Shown here one piece after another: positions 25,566-35,900 of a DNA stretch of 64,000 bases. The stretch is from a virus. The DNA lies in the IMG/VR virus record IMGVR_UViG_3300026097_001055, positions 32,001 to 96,000 of that record; one strand, written 5' to 3'. Under the pieces are notes generated by a model. It was not told the origin of the DNA and did no database searches. It worked only from the letters and a program-made list of their open reading frames with translations. The translations under genes and the position numbers were made by a program. Numbering within the stretch: position 1 is the first letter of the stretch; every line of letters starts with the position of its first letter.

Positions 25566-28500
25566 TGGCTAAGAGAAAAGTTCAAATAGTAGATTTACCT
25601 AAAGCACAAACAGGTCAACAAGTAGGTTATGGTCTTTATAATAGACTTGCTACTATGGGGGGTTTAAGTAATCAAAGAAGAGGTACTACAACATCTGTTA
25701 ATAAAAGTATGGGTCGTGTAGCTGAAGGAGAAGAACCTAATCTAGAAGCAGAAGGTGGAGAAACTGTAATGGTGCCTGGATTATATGGTGGCGTTCCTAC
25801 ACATTTTAATATCACAGGACCAAGACATGCTCAAGGTGGTGTTGCTATGAATCTTCCTGAAGATAGTTTTATATTTTCTGACTTTGTTCAGATGAGATTA
25901 AAAGATCCAGATGTGTTGAATTATTTTGGTAAAACGGCAAAAAAAAGAGGAAAAGGAAAAGGTTACACTCCTGCAGATATTGCCAAGCAATATGATATAA
26001 ATAAATACATAGAGATACTTAATGACCCTAACTCAGATGATATAGATAAAAAAACTGCTGAGATAATGATTAAAAATTATAATCTTAAGTTGGGTGCTTT
26101 AGGTTTAGTACAAGAATCTCAAAAAGGATTTGAAGATGGTATACCCGAAGTAAGCATGCCTTATATGGATCATATGAGAATTACTGAAAAAGATTTAGGT
26201 GTACAGTCAAAAGAATCTAAAGAACTTACTGTAATCATAGAGCAAATGTTACAAGAAGGTTTGCCTATAGAAGAAATTATAGCTAAGCTTATTACTGAAG
26301 AGATACCACCAGAAGTTATTATAGATGCATTAGTAGGTACAGAAATGAGTGAAGAAGAAGCTATTCAATTAGTAGAAGGTATTATATCTGAATTAATGAA
26401 TGAAACTTCTATGAATCAAGAGCAAATGCCTCAACAACAAATGCAACAAGAAATGCCACAACAAATGATGGATCCTAATATGATGTCTCAAGAACCTATG
26501 TCACCAGAAATGATGTTACATGGGGGTAGAGTACAGCCAAAATTAAGAAAATTAAAAAGAGCACAACAAGGAGGAATGTCTCCAGAAATGATGCAGCAAC
26601 AAGGTCCGCCACAAGGACAAGCACAAGGACAAGATCCTATGGCTGAGGTAATAACAATGATTGAACAGATGTTACAACAAGGTGTTGAACTACCTGCTGT
26701 TATATTTGAATTAATTAATATGCAAGTACCTGAACAAATAGTTGCAGAAGTTTTAATGCAATTAGGTGTACCAGAACAAGAAATTCAACAAGCTTTTGAA
26801 ATAGCTATGTCTCATCCTGAGATGCAACAAAGTCAAGAACCTGTTATGGACCCTGCTATGATGCAAGGTCAAGGGGTGAGTCCTGATATGATGCCTGCTA
26901 TGGATCCATCAATGATGCAAATGGGGGGTATGCAACAAGAACCTACATTAGAGGAAATGATTGCAGAAGCTTTACAACAAGGTGCTGAACCACAAAAAAT
27001 AATAGAGGCTCTGGTAAAACAAGGTTTAGATCCACAACGTGCTCAACAAAGCGTTCAACAAGTTGCTCAAATGATGATGGGTCAACAACCTCAAGCAGTT
27101 ATGCAAAAAGGAGGAAGTCTTAAAAAATATAAAAAAGCTGGACAAGTTCCTAAAAAATACAGAACTGATAAAAGATATAATATAACAGATCCTGACTTTA
27201 CATATGCAGGTTTAAAAAAAGGAGATTATATTAATTTAGGTGATGGTAAATTTCAAAAAATAAATGTTGATATATCTGATGATTTTACATATGATAAAAC
27301 TTTAGAAGGTGGTGTTAGAGATGACATTGAATCAGCCTTATTTCAGCTAGCTTATTTTAAAGAGTTAAGTAAAAATCCTGAGTTAAAAAGAGCTTTTCAT
27401 AAGGCTTACATAGATATCATTAAAGACAAAGAACTGTTTACATCTAAAAAGGGAACTACCTCTAAGTTTTTTGGAGATAAAGAATTAGAAAAAGTTACCC
27501 CTGATGAGCTTATAGATATCTATACTAAACATATAGAAACAAATGCTAATCTTTATTTAACAGGTTTAGATGCTACTGATTTTACTCAAAATGGTAAGTT
27601 AGCAGCAAACGTACCTAAAGAAAAGAAAGAGCTTTATAAAAAGATGGCAGGTGATAAAGACAACCCTACTCTTCAAGATATATATGAAGCAAAAGGTTTA
27701 TCACCTAAAGGTATAGATATAGCTAAATCACAAGCTGGTCAATGGGCTTATCAAAAAATAGCAGCGGAGCCTGAGAAATATATAGAAGATCCTGAACTAG
27801 TAGAGATAGCAAAAGCTACTATTAAGCCAGATCCTTCTATGGGTGCAGAAGATGAAACAGGAACAAAATATGAGCATAAATCAATTTCACCTATTGATGG
27901 TTATTTAGGTAATACAACTATAGGTCATTTAGGTACTACTACTTTACTAGGTGATGCCTTTATTGATGAAGAACTAGAAGAAGAAATAGAAGAAGTAGAA
28001 GAAATAGAAGAAGATGATGATTACATTCCTTATCAAGCTCCTAGACCATGGGTAGATTTAGGTATGAGTAGTGCACATAAAAGACAATATGCGGATGCGT
28101 TAAGTAGAAGAAATTTACCACCATTAGTGTTAGGTCAACCTGATGTAAACATGCGAGCTCCTGATTATGTATTAAAAGACTGGAGAGGTATGCAGTTTGA
28201 CGCAGCTAGTGATTATAAACAAGGTTTTGAATCAATGGCTGCTAATACTGCTAACCCTGCAGTAGCTAGAGCTAACATGGTTGCTGGAATGGGTAAGTTA
28301 GCAGATACAGCAGGTAAATTTAGAAGTGATACTTTAGATTATAATGTTGCTGTACAAAATCAATTCAGTCCAATGATTGAAGATGTATATAATAAGATGA
28401 ATATCCAAAGAGGTACTTTATGGGATAAGAACTTAGGAGACATGAATCAAAGAAGACAAGAACAGTGGTTAGCTAAACAAAAGTCACAAACAGATGCTAT

Positions 28501-28861
28501 TAACGTACTCAATGCTAGTGATCAAGATAAAGCTTATAGAGCAGCTTTAATGTATAATAATCCTCAACAAGCTATAACTCCAGATGGTTTATTGTATTAT
28601 CATAACCCAAAAGCTATTACACCAGATGCTACTCCAGGAAGTGATATAGCAAGTAGTTATAAAAAATACTTTAATCTTACAGGTAAAGAAGATTTAGCTG
28701 TAAAATTAGCAGAACTTGAAAGAGGTAAAGGACACTTTGATAAAAACCGTGCTCAAGATCCAGATGATGCAGATTATATGGAATATTTGGCAAGTAAACA
28801 ATCTAAAAAAGGAGGAGAACATGGAGTACATGCTTCAGACTTATTTCCTTTCTGGTATTAA
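25565..28861 (+). CDS. Virion cargo protein (crAss cargo C1-like)
   Basis: 1098 aa; NLEAEGGETV...GPRHAQGG...FIFSD motif; M/Q/P-rich repeats. Confidence 0.65.
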   Translation: MAKRKVQIVDLPKAQTGQQVGYGLYNRLATMGGLSNQRRGTTTSVNKSMGRVAEGEEPNLEAEGGETVMVPGLYGGVPTHFNITGPRHAQGGVAMNLPEDSFIFSDFVQMRLKDPDVLNYFGKTAKKRGKGKGYTPADIAKQYDINKYIEILNDPNSDDIDKKTAEIMIKNYNLKLGALGLVQESQKGFEDGIPEVSMPYMDHMRITEKDLGVQSKESKELTVIIEQMLQEGLPIEEIIAKLITEEIPPEVIIDALVGTEMSEEEAIQLVEGIISELMNETSMNQEQMPQQQMQQEMPQQMMDPNMMSQEPMSPEMMLHGGRVQPKLRKLKRAQQGGMSPEMMQQQGPPQGQAQGQDPMAEVITMIEQMLQQGVELPAVIFELINMQVPEQIVAEVLMQLGVPEQEIQQAFEIAMSHPEMQQSQEPVMDPAMMQGQGVSPDMMPAMDPSMMQMGGMQQEPTLEEMIAEALQQGAEPQKIIEALVKQGLDPQRAQQSVQQVAQMMMGQQPQAVMQKGGSLKKYKKAGQVPKKYRTDKRYNITDPDFTYAGLKKGDYINLGDGKFQKINVDISDDFTYDKTLEGGVRDDIESALFQLAYFKELSKNPELKRAFHKAYIDIIKDKELFTSKKGTTSKFFGDKELEKVTPDELIDIYTKHIETNANLYLTGLDATDFTQNGKLAANVPKEKKELYKKMAGDKDNPTLQDIYEAKGLSPKGIDIAKSQAGQWAYQKIAAEPEKYIEDPELVEIAKATIKPDPSMGAEDETGTKYEHKSISPIDGYLGNTTIGHLGTTTLLGDAFIDEELEEEIEEVEEIEEDDDYIPYQAPRPWVDLGMSSAHKRQYADALSRRNLPPLVLGQPDVNMRAPDYVLKDWRGMQFDAASDYKQGFESMAANTANPAVARANMVAGMGKLADTAGKFRSDTLDYNVAVQNQFSPMIEDVYNKMNIQRGTLWDKNLGDMNQRRQEQWLAKQKSQTDAINVLNASDQDKAYRAALMYNNPQQAITPDGLLYYHNPKAITPDATPGSDIASSYKKYFNLTGKEDLAVKLAELERGKGHFDKNRAQDPDDADYMEYLASKQSKKGGEHGVHASDLFPFWY

Positions 28862-28906
28862 TAAACTTTAATAGTTTAGTAAACTTAAAATATTTGCATA
28901 CATTTA
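28862..28906 (+). promoter_or_regulatory. Promoter with 17-bp palindromic operator (copy 2)
   Basis: TAAACT-TTAAT-AGTTTA, 20-nt spacer, TACATTTA; extra TAAACTT half-site in the spacer. Confidence 0.6.
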
Positions 28907-28928
28907 CAGTATAAAATAAAAAATAAAC

Positions 28929-31900
28929 ATGGCAACGTACATACAAGGTCTAACTCAATATTTACCTCAGATACAGCCTTTTCAAAGGGACTTTAATTTT
29001 TTTGCAAATGTAATGCAAAAAAAACAAACTGAATATGATTCGGGTCATCAAGCTATGAATAAGCTTTATGGCTCCATTTTTTATTCTGATGTAAGTAGAG
29101 CAGACAACCAAGAAAAGAAAGAAGAGATTTTAAAGTCTATAGATTATAATTTAAGAAAAGTATCAGGCTTGGACTTATCTTTAGATGAAAACGTTAGACA
29201 AGCTAAACAAGTTTTTAAACCTTTCTATGAAGATCAAAACTTAATGAAAGATATATCTTATACTAAAACTTATCAAAATGCTGTACAAAAAGGTCTTTCA
29301 GCTAAAGACTGTGTAGGTAAAGATTGTCCAGATGTTTATTGGGATGGTGGTCTTAGACTACTTAATCATCAAATGAAAAACTTTAAAAATGCTTCTGCTG
29401 ATAGAGCTATGCAAATGCGTAATCCTACTTATGTTAATAAATTTAATATGATGAAGGAAGCAGCTAAAGCAGCTAAAGAAAATAATTTTGAAATAGTTTT
29501 TGAAGGTCCTAAGAATGGTTATATGGTTAAGGAAAAAAATGGTCCTAATGCTATAGCTCCATTATCTGATTTTCTATACCAAATGTTTGGAGATGACGCT
29601 AGAGCCATAGATTACTATGGTGCTAAAGCACAGCTTAATTTTTATGAAAATCCTGAAGAAACTATTAATCAGTATGAGCTTCAAAAAATGAGAAGCCGTG
29701 CTAAGGACGCAGAGGATTACAAGAATATGATTGAGGAAAAAAGTAAAAGACAAACTTTTGAAAAAAATAAAAGAGTAATCACCACTGCTGAAAATAATAC
29801 TCGTTCAGAATTACATGAAGTAAAAGATAGAAGAAAAACTTTTCAAGATTATGCTACTGAAATGGGTGAGGCTTTTAAAGCATCTCCTGCTAAACAAGCA
29901 TATGATGAAACATTACAAGAGGAAAATGTTAAACAAAGAACTTACGAAAATATAAAAGGTCTTAGTGACAATGTTAGGAATATAAATTATTTTGATGAAG
30001 AAGGTAACCCTGTTGCTGAAGATGTTATTGTTGGAGTAGTTGCTCAAGGAATGATGATAGATGACATTAGTAATTCAGCTAAAGTAATTGCTAATAACAC
30101 CTATGAGCAAACAGTTAAAGGTCCTGATCCATATGCTATGGCTAGATATAAGAATCAACTTCAAGTAGGTTTAGCTAATTACAAAAATGAATTAAAAAAA
30201 GATTATGCTAGATTTGAAGCAAATAATGAACTTGTAAATGATTTAATAGGAGGTAAAGGTAAAAGCAAAAAAGAAGGTAAAAAAACTACAGATCCAGTAG
30301 AGTTAACTAAACAAGAAGAAGCTAAAATAAGAAAAGAAGCTAGTGATAAACTAAAAGAAGAACAAGGAAATGTTGCAGATGAAGACTTAAAAATAGCAGA
30401 GGATAATGCTGTAGAACAAGCAAGAGCTGACAAAAAAAATAAAAGTAAATTAGAAAAAGCTCAAGAATTTAAAGATAAAGAAAAAGAAATTATAGAAGCT
30501 TTTGAATCAGGTGATCTTACAAAAGAACAAGCTAATAAATTGAATGAAGTTATGCAAGAGACTTTTGAGGATATAGGTGAAGATGAGGAAGGTAACTTAA
30601 TACTATTAGCTCCTACAACTATAGACAAAAAAGATGCAATAAACACTTATGAAAAAAAAGATATACCTAAAAATATTACAAATATAAGTGCTTTAGAAGC
30701 TATGTCTTCTGATGAAGACGAAATAAGTTATACAGATGAAGAGGGTACTTTGCAAAATATTGAGTTAACTTTTTCTGATATGAAAAATGCTATTGATAAT
30801 CAAAGTATACAAAATGCAGGAATCATATTAAAATTTAATAAAAATCTAAATGAAAATACAAATTATATAGGTTCTGTTATAGGAAAAACTGTATATGACT
30901 CTTTAAAATCCGAAGATCCTTCTGTTGTAGCTGCTGCTAATCAAGTATTAAGAGGTGTAGGTGTTGACCCAAATGCTTATACAAATAATGCTGATGATTT
31001 AGAAGATGCTATTGTTGATGTTATTAATAATAATCCTGAAAAGTTTAATGATTATTTTTTAGGAAATGTTGTTATTTCAGACAGGGCTGAAGAAATGTTT
31101 AATAAATATAGAGATGAAACTCCAACGGATATAATAAATAAATATATAAATAAAACCTCAACGGAGGTAATAAAAACTAATACTTACAAAGGGGTAACTT
31201 TACCAAAAAATCATAACCCATTTACTTTATTAACAGTAGGTAAAAAATTAGGAATATCTAATGAGACAGTTACTAGATTAAAAATTCAAGAAGATTTAAA
31301 ACAAAAAGTTTCAACTCTTTATGAAAATTACGATAATAAAATAAATGATGCTCTTGAATACGGAGCCTTATCAAGGCACAATAAAAATACTAATGAAGCA
31401 AAAAATACTTATGATGCTTTAGATGAAAGTCCAAATACTTATTTAATGGATAATTATCCTACGATGACTCAGTATATAAAAGCTGGTGAAAAACTAGTAA
31501 AACAAACTGTACCTAGTACTTTCAAAAGTCAATTTAGTAGATTTCTTAGAGATGAAAGTAAAAACAATTATGAAAATTTAAAAAAATATCATGAAGATAA
31601 TCCCGATGTTTTATCTGGAGTTTCGTCTACAAGTGTAAATATTCAATATTTTGAAAAGATAAGTGATTTTAAAGAAACATATAAAGAATCTTTTAATGAA
31701 GACTTTAATTTTAGTTTTGCAGAAATTATACGTTTAGATAAAGCTGGTTTATTGTCAGCAGGAATACCATCTTGGATTGGTCCAGCTGGAGCACCTCGAG
31801 AAAAAGAACCAAGACCTATATTTAAAAAAAATAAAGAAACTGATGACTATGAACTTACACCTGAAGCTATAGCTGGAGGAATTAAATTTGATAATGAAAC

Positions 31901-32915
31901 AAAAAAATTAGATTTGTCTAATATATTTATATCGGCATCTTTAAAAAATATAATACCTTCTTTAGAACAAAACAAAAAAAGACAAATTAATATAGTTGAA
32001 GATCTTCAAGAAGTAAAAGGTTTTACATCTAAAGGTATGTATTCAGGAACAGATGCCGATAGTGATTTTGGATTTCATTCTTTTGGTATGACAGCTACTA
32101 CTAATTTATCTAATTATAATATAGATGAAATAGATAATTTACGTGATGCTTTAAATTTAGGAAAAAAACTTTTTAATCAAAAGTCAAATGGAATTCCTAT
32201 TATTCCAGATTTAAATGATGATAAAAAAATAGGAAATACAAGAGCTGTAGTACAAGTCAAAGATGAAGATGTTTATAGAAATGGCACAAAAGAAGAACAG
32301 GAGACTTATTTAGATCTTTATGAAGACTTAACTTCATTAGAGTTTTCTGAAACTATGGATAAATTAGATACAAATGCTCCTAAAATTAAACAAACATTAA
32401 TAACAGAATCAGGTGCATATGGATATGGATTTTTAGAAATTGAGTTAGATGATAAAGGAGACTCTTATAAAAAGTATAAAGTAATTTCTGAAGACTTGTA
32501 TAAAAGTTTATCTAAAGATAAAAAGAAAAAAATAAAAGACGATGGAATAAAAATTTTACCAAAAATACGTATACACATACCTCAAAATGAATATCAACCT
32601 TTTATCAAAGCAAATAAAAGTATTGCTTTTAATACATTTAAAGCTAATGATAAAATAGGAGATTTAGATACTTTTGATGCTGAAATAAAAATAGAAAACA
32701 TAAATTCTGAAAAAATTACTTACTCTACTTTATATAATAAATACTATAGAGATTCTAATACAGATGAAATAAAATTAAAAGTTGTAGAAATAGAAGGTAG
32801 CGAATATCCTGCTAATGCTGAAGAAGATTATATGAGTATAATAACTAAATTAATTTTAACAGGTCAGGCTTTAAGTAAACAAAGTTTAAAAGAAGTTAAT
32901 AGTGATGATCAATAA
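28929..32915 (+). CDS. Large helical virion cargo/ejection protein
   Basis: 1328 aa, coiled-coil rich; KGPDPYAMARY motif; in the cargo operon. Confidence 0.65.
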   Translation: MATYIQGLTQYLPQIQPFQRDFNFFANVMQKKQTEYDSGHQAMNKLYGSIFYSDVSRADNQEKKEEILKSIDYNLRKVSGLDLSLDENVRQAKQVFKPFYEDQNLMKDISYTKTYQNAVQKGLSAKDCVGKDCPDVYWDGGLRLLNHQMKNFKNASADRAMQMRNPTYVNKFNMMKEAAKAAKENNFEIVFEGPKNGYMVKEKNGPNAIAPLSDFLYQMFGDDARAIDYYGAKAQLNFYENPEETINQYELQKMRSRAKDAEDYKNMIEEKSKRQTFEKNKRVITTAENNTRSELHEVKDRRKTFQDYATEMGEAFKASPAKQAYDETLQEENVKQRTYENIKGLSDNVRNINYFDEEGNPVAEDVIVGVVAQGMMIDDISNSAKVIANNTYEQTVKGPDPYAMARYKNQLQVGLANYKNELKKDYARFEANNELVNDLIGGKGKSKKEGKKTTDPVELTKQEEAKIRKEASDKLKEEQGNVADEDLKIAEDNAVEQARADKKNKSKLEKAQEFKDKEKEIIEAFESGDLTKEQANKLNEVMQETFEDIGEDEEGNLILLAPTTIDKKDAINTYEKKDIPKNITNISALEAMSSDEDEISYTDEEGTLQNIELTFSDMKNAIDNQSIQNAGIILKFNKNLNENTNYIGSVIGKTVYDSLKSEDPSVVAAANQVLRGVGVDPNAYTNNADDLEDAIVDVINNNPEKFNDYFLGNVVISDRAEEMFNKYRDETPTDIINKYINKTSTEVIKTNTYKGVTLPKNHNPFTLLTVGKKLGISNETVTRLKIQEDLKQKVSTLYENYDNKINDALEYGALSRHNKNTNEAKNTYDALDESPNTYLMDNYPTMTQYIKAGEKLVKQTVPSTFKSQFSRFLRDESKNNYENLKKYHEDNPDVLSGVSSTSVNIQYFEKISDFKETYKESFNEDFNFSFAEIIRLDKAGLLSAGIPSWIGPAGAPREKEPRPIFKKNKETDDYELTPEAIAGGIKFDNETKKLDLSNIFISASLKNIIPSLEQNKKRQINIVEDLQEVKGFTSKGMYSGTDADSDFGFHSFGMTATTNLSNYNIDEIDNLRDALNLGKKLFNQKSNGIPIIPDLNDDKKIGNTRAVVQVKDEDVYRNGTKEEQETYLDLYEDLTSLEFSETMDKLDTNAPKIKQTLITESGAYGYGFLEIELDDKGDSYKKYKVISEDLYKSLSKDKKKKIKDDGIKILPKIRIHIPQNEYQPFIKANKSIAFNTFKANDKIGDLDTFDAEIKIENINSEKITYSTLYNKYYRDSNTDEIKLKVVEIEGSEYPANAEEDYMSIITKLILTGQALSKQSLKEVNSDDQ

Positions 32916-32937
32916 TGATATTATTATTTAAAAAATA

Positions 32938-35900
32938 ATGGAAGAAAATCAAAATATTAATCCAGAACAGATAACTAATCCTGAACTCATTAATGATGAA
33001 TTAACAGCTGATGAATTAACAGTTGACGAATTAACAACTGATCAATCAACAACTGATGAATCAACAATAAGTTCAGAACCCGTAATATCTCCGAAATACA
33101 CTCAGCAAGAAGCTTTTTTAAGAGCTGCAGCAAATCGTGAAAGTATTGAAATTGATAAAAATATATTATCTAATGTAGCTAATGAAGCAAATAAAAACGT
33201 TAATCAGTATGCAGCAATGGCTAAGCATGGTGTTAACTATGGAAGTGCTAACAGAGGAGGTTTAAATTTACAAAGATATTATAACAGAGATGAGTTTCAA
33301 AAATTAGGATTTAACCCATTTATAGATAATGAATCTTATTATCAAGCTAATACTACAGCATGGGATGATTTTAGAGCAGCTTATCAACAAAGTTGGAACT
33401 TAGCTAAGCAAGGATTTTTTAGTTATTATAGTGGGCAAACTGAATATGAGAAAGCAGATGCTTATGAAAAATATGCAAACATAGGAACCTCCCAAAGAGA
33501 AGGTGCTAGTAGGATATTCAATAATGTAGTATTAAATGCGGGATACACAGTAGGGTTGTTATCAAGTATTATAGTTGAAGAAGTAGCTATAGGTCTTTTA
33601 ACAGGTGGTATAGGTAATATAGGTAAACTAGGTGTAACTGCAGCTAAAGTAGGAACAGGTGTTAAAAAAGCAAATGCTTTAAAAAGAACTGTAAATGCTG
33701 TAAAAGAATTAAAAAATTTATCTAATGTAGATAAAGCAAGAAGTTTATGGCAGGGTACTAAAAACTTAGGAACAGCCACAGTAAAAGCTTCTACTAACTT
33801 TATTCCAGGTGCAAAAACAGCTGAGTTAATTTATAATTGGAAACATTTAGGAAAACTAGGTAAAAGTGCAGGTCAAGCATCTTTTGCTTCTTTTGGTGCA
33901 AAAGCTGCTCATACATTTGGTACCTTTTACAGAGAAGGAAGAGAAGTTTTGTTAGCATATGATGAGGCACAATTAGAATCAGGAATGATTTATAATTCAA
34001 TTATGGATGAGCTAACTATGCAATATAAACAAGACAATAATGGTAATTTACCTTCTAAAGAAGATTTAAATGCTTTTCATGATATTGCATATGATAGATC
34101 TATGAAAGGATTTACTAAAAATATGGCTATCATATATGGAACTAACAAGATTTCATTTGGAAATATGTTTAATAAGTTAGCACCTTCTTTAGCAAGAAAA
34201 ACTGCTAAAGGTTTTCAAAATTCTGGTGGTAAGATCGTAAAAGGTTTTGATGGTAGATCTGCTAGAGCTGTATATAATAAAGGTATTTTAAACATTAAAG
34301 GTTCTGCGGCTGAAGCGTGGAAAGGGGTTAAGAATTATAAATCTACATTAAAAGCCATTCCTGGTTTTATTGGTAAGAATGCATGGACTTACACAAGAGC
34401 AAATGTAGGAGAGGGTATTCAAGAATATTTTCAAGAGGTAATACAACATGCTGAGCAAACATCAGCTAAAGATCTTTATGCTAAATATAAAAGCGGAGTA
34501 AGAGGTGTTGCTTTAAATCAAGCTATGGAAGACATGTCTTTTGCTGAAAATTATGGAAAAGCTGCATCACATTTTTGGAGTGGTGAAGGGTTAGAAATAT
34601 TTGGAACAGGTGCTATGATGGGGTTCATAGCAGGTCCTTATTCTAAATTTGTTGGTAAAGTAGGTCAAGCTAGATCAGAACTTTGGCAATACAGAAATAA
34701 AAAAACAAGAGATGCCCGCAAAGCTCATATGCAAAAAGAATATGATATCTTAGATAAAAAAGTTGAAAATTTTAATAAATTATCACTAGATGAAAAAAAG
34801 AACTTATATAAGTATGTTGAGTTAATGGGTAATCAAGCTCAGTATGATGAAGAAATGAAGGATGCTGTTGACCAAAATGATGATAAGAAATTTTATGATG
34901 TTCAAGATGAAGCTTTAAGTGAATACCTTTTAAGTGCTTTACAATTAGGAATGCTTGATAATTTTGAATCAGGTTTAAAAGACATGCTTAATTTGTCAGA
35001 ACAAGAATTTACAGAAGCTTTTGCTGATCAACTAGGATTAGATCCAGAACAAAGCTTGAACCTTAAAAAAAGAGCAACTGATATTTTAGGTTCAGTAACA
35101 AATATAAAAGAAGGATACGAAACACTTAATAACATTTTTCCTGAAATATATGATTTTACAAATGAAAATCCTGAACTTTTTGATGGGGTAAGTATAGATA
35201 CTCTTAATGATATGCGTAATAAATACATATCAACACTTATACTTAATCAAAGACAACTTAATAGAAATTTAGATAGATATCAAAAATTACAACAATCATT
35301 AATAGGTGTTGATAATCCTTTTAGGGATGTAGGTGCTGTATCTTTAAGTTCTTTAAGTAATCTTGTATCTAATACTACTTTAGCTAAAGAATTAAAACTA
35401 CTTGAAACAGAAATAAACACTATTAAACAAGGTAGGGAGTCTGCTCAACAAATGGTTGGTACTCAGAAACAAGTAAATGAAGCTACTAAAGAATTAAAGA
35501 AAAAAGAAAGACTTTATAAGAAATTGAGTGAGATTTATGAAGTAATGCAAAAATTTGAAACTCAATCAAAAAAGTATTCACAAATTACAGGAGTACAGAA
35601 TATAGAACAATCAGGAAGAGTTAATTTACTTAAAGGCACATACCTTAATTATTTAGTTAATAAGTCTAAATCAGTTTCTGCAAAAGTTACCGGTGTAAAA
35701 AAAGTAGAAGGTAAGCCAGCTTTACTAACTATAGAATACACAGAAGGAGAAGGTAAAGATAAAACTAAAGTAACTAAAGAAATAGAATTTGTAAAAGACA
35801 ATATTTTAGAATTACAGATTGATGCTGGTACAGAAAGTATGACTATTTCTAAATCAGCACAAGCTAAAATAAAATCTTATCTTAAAGAAATAGCTAAAGA

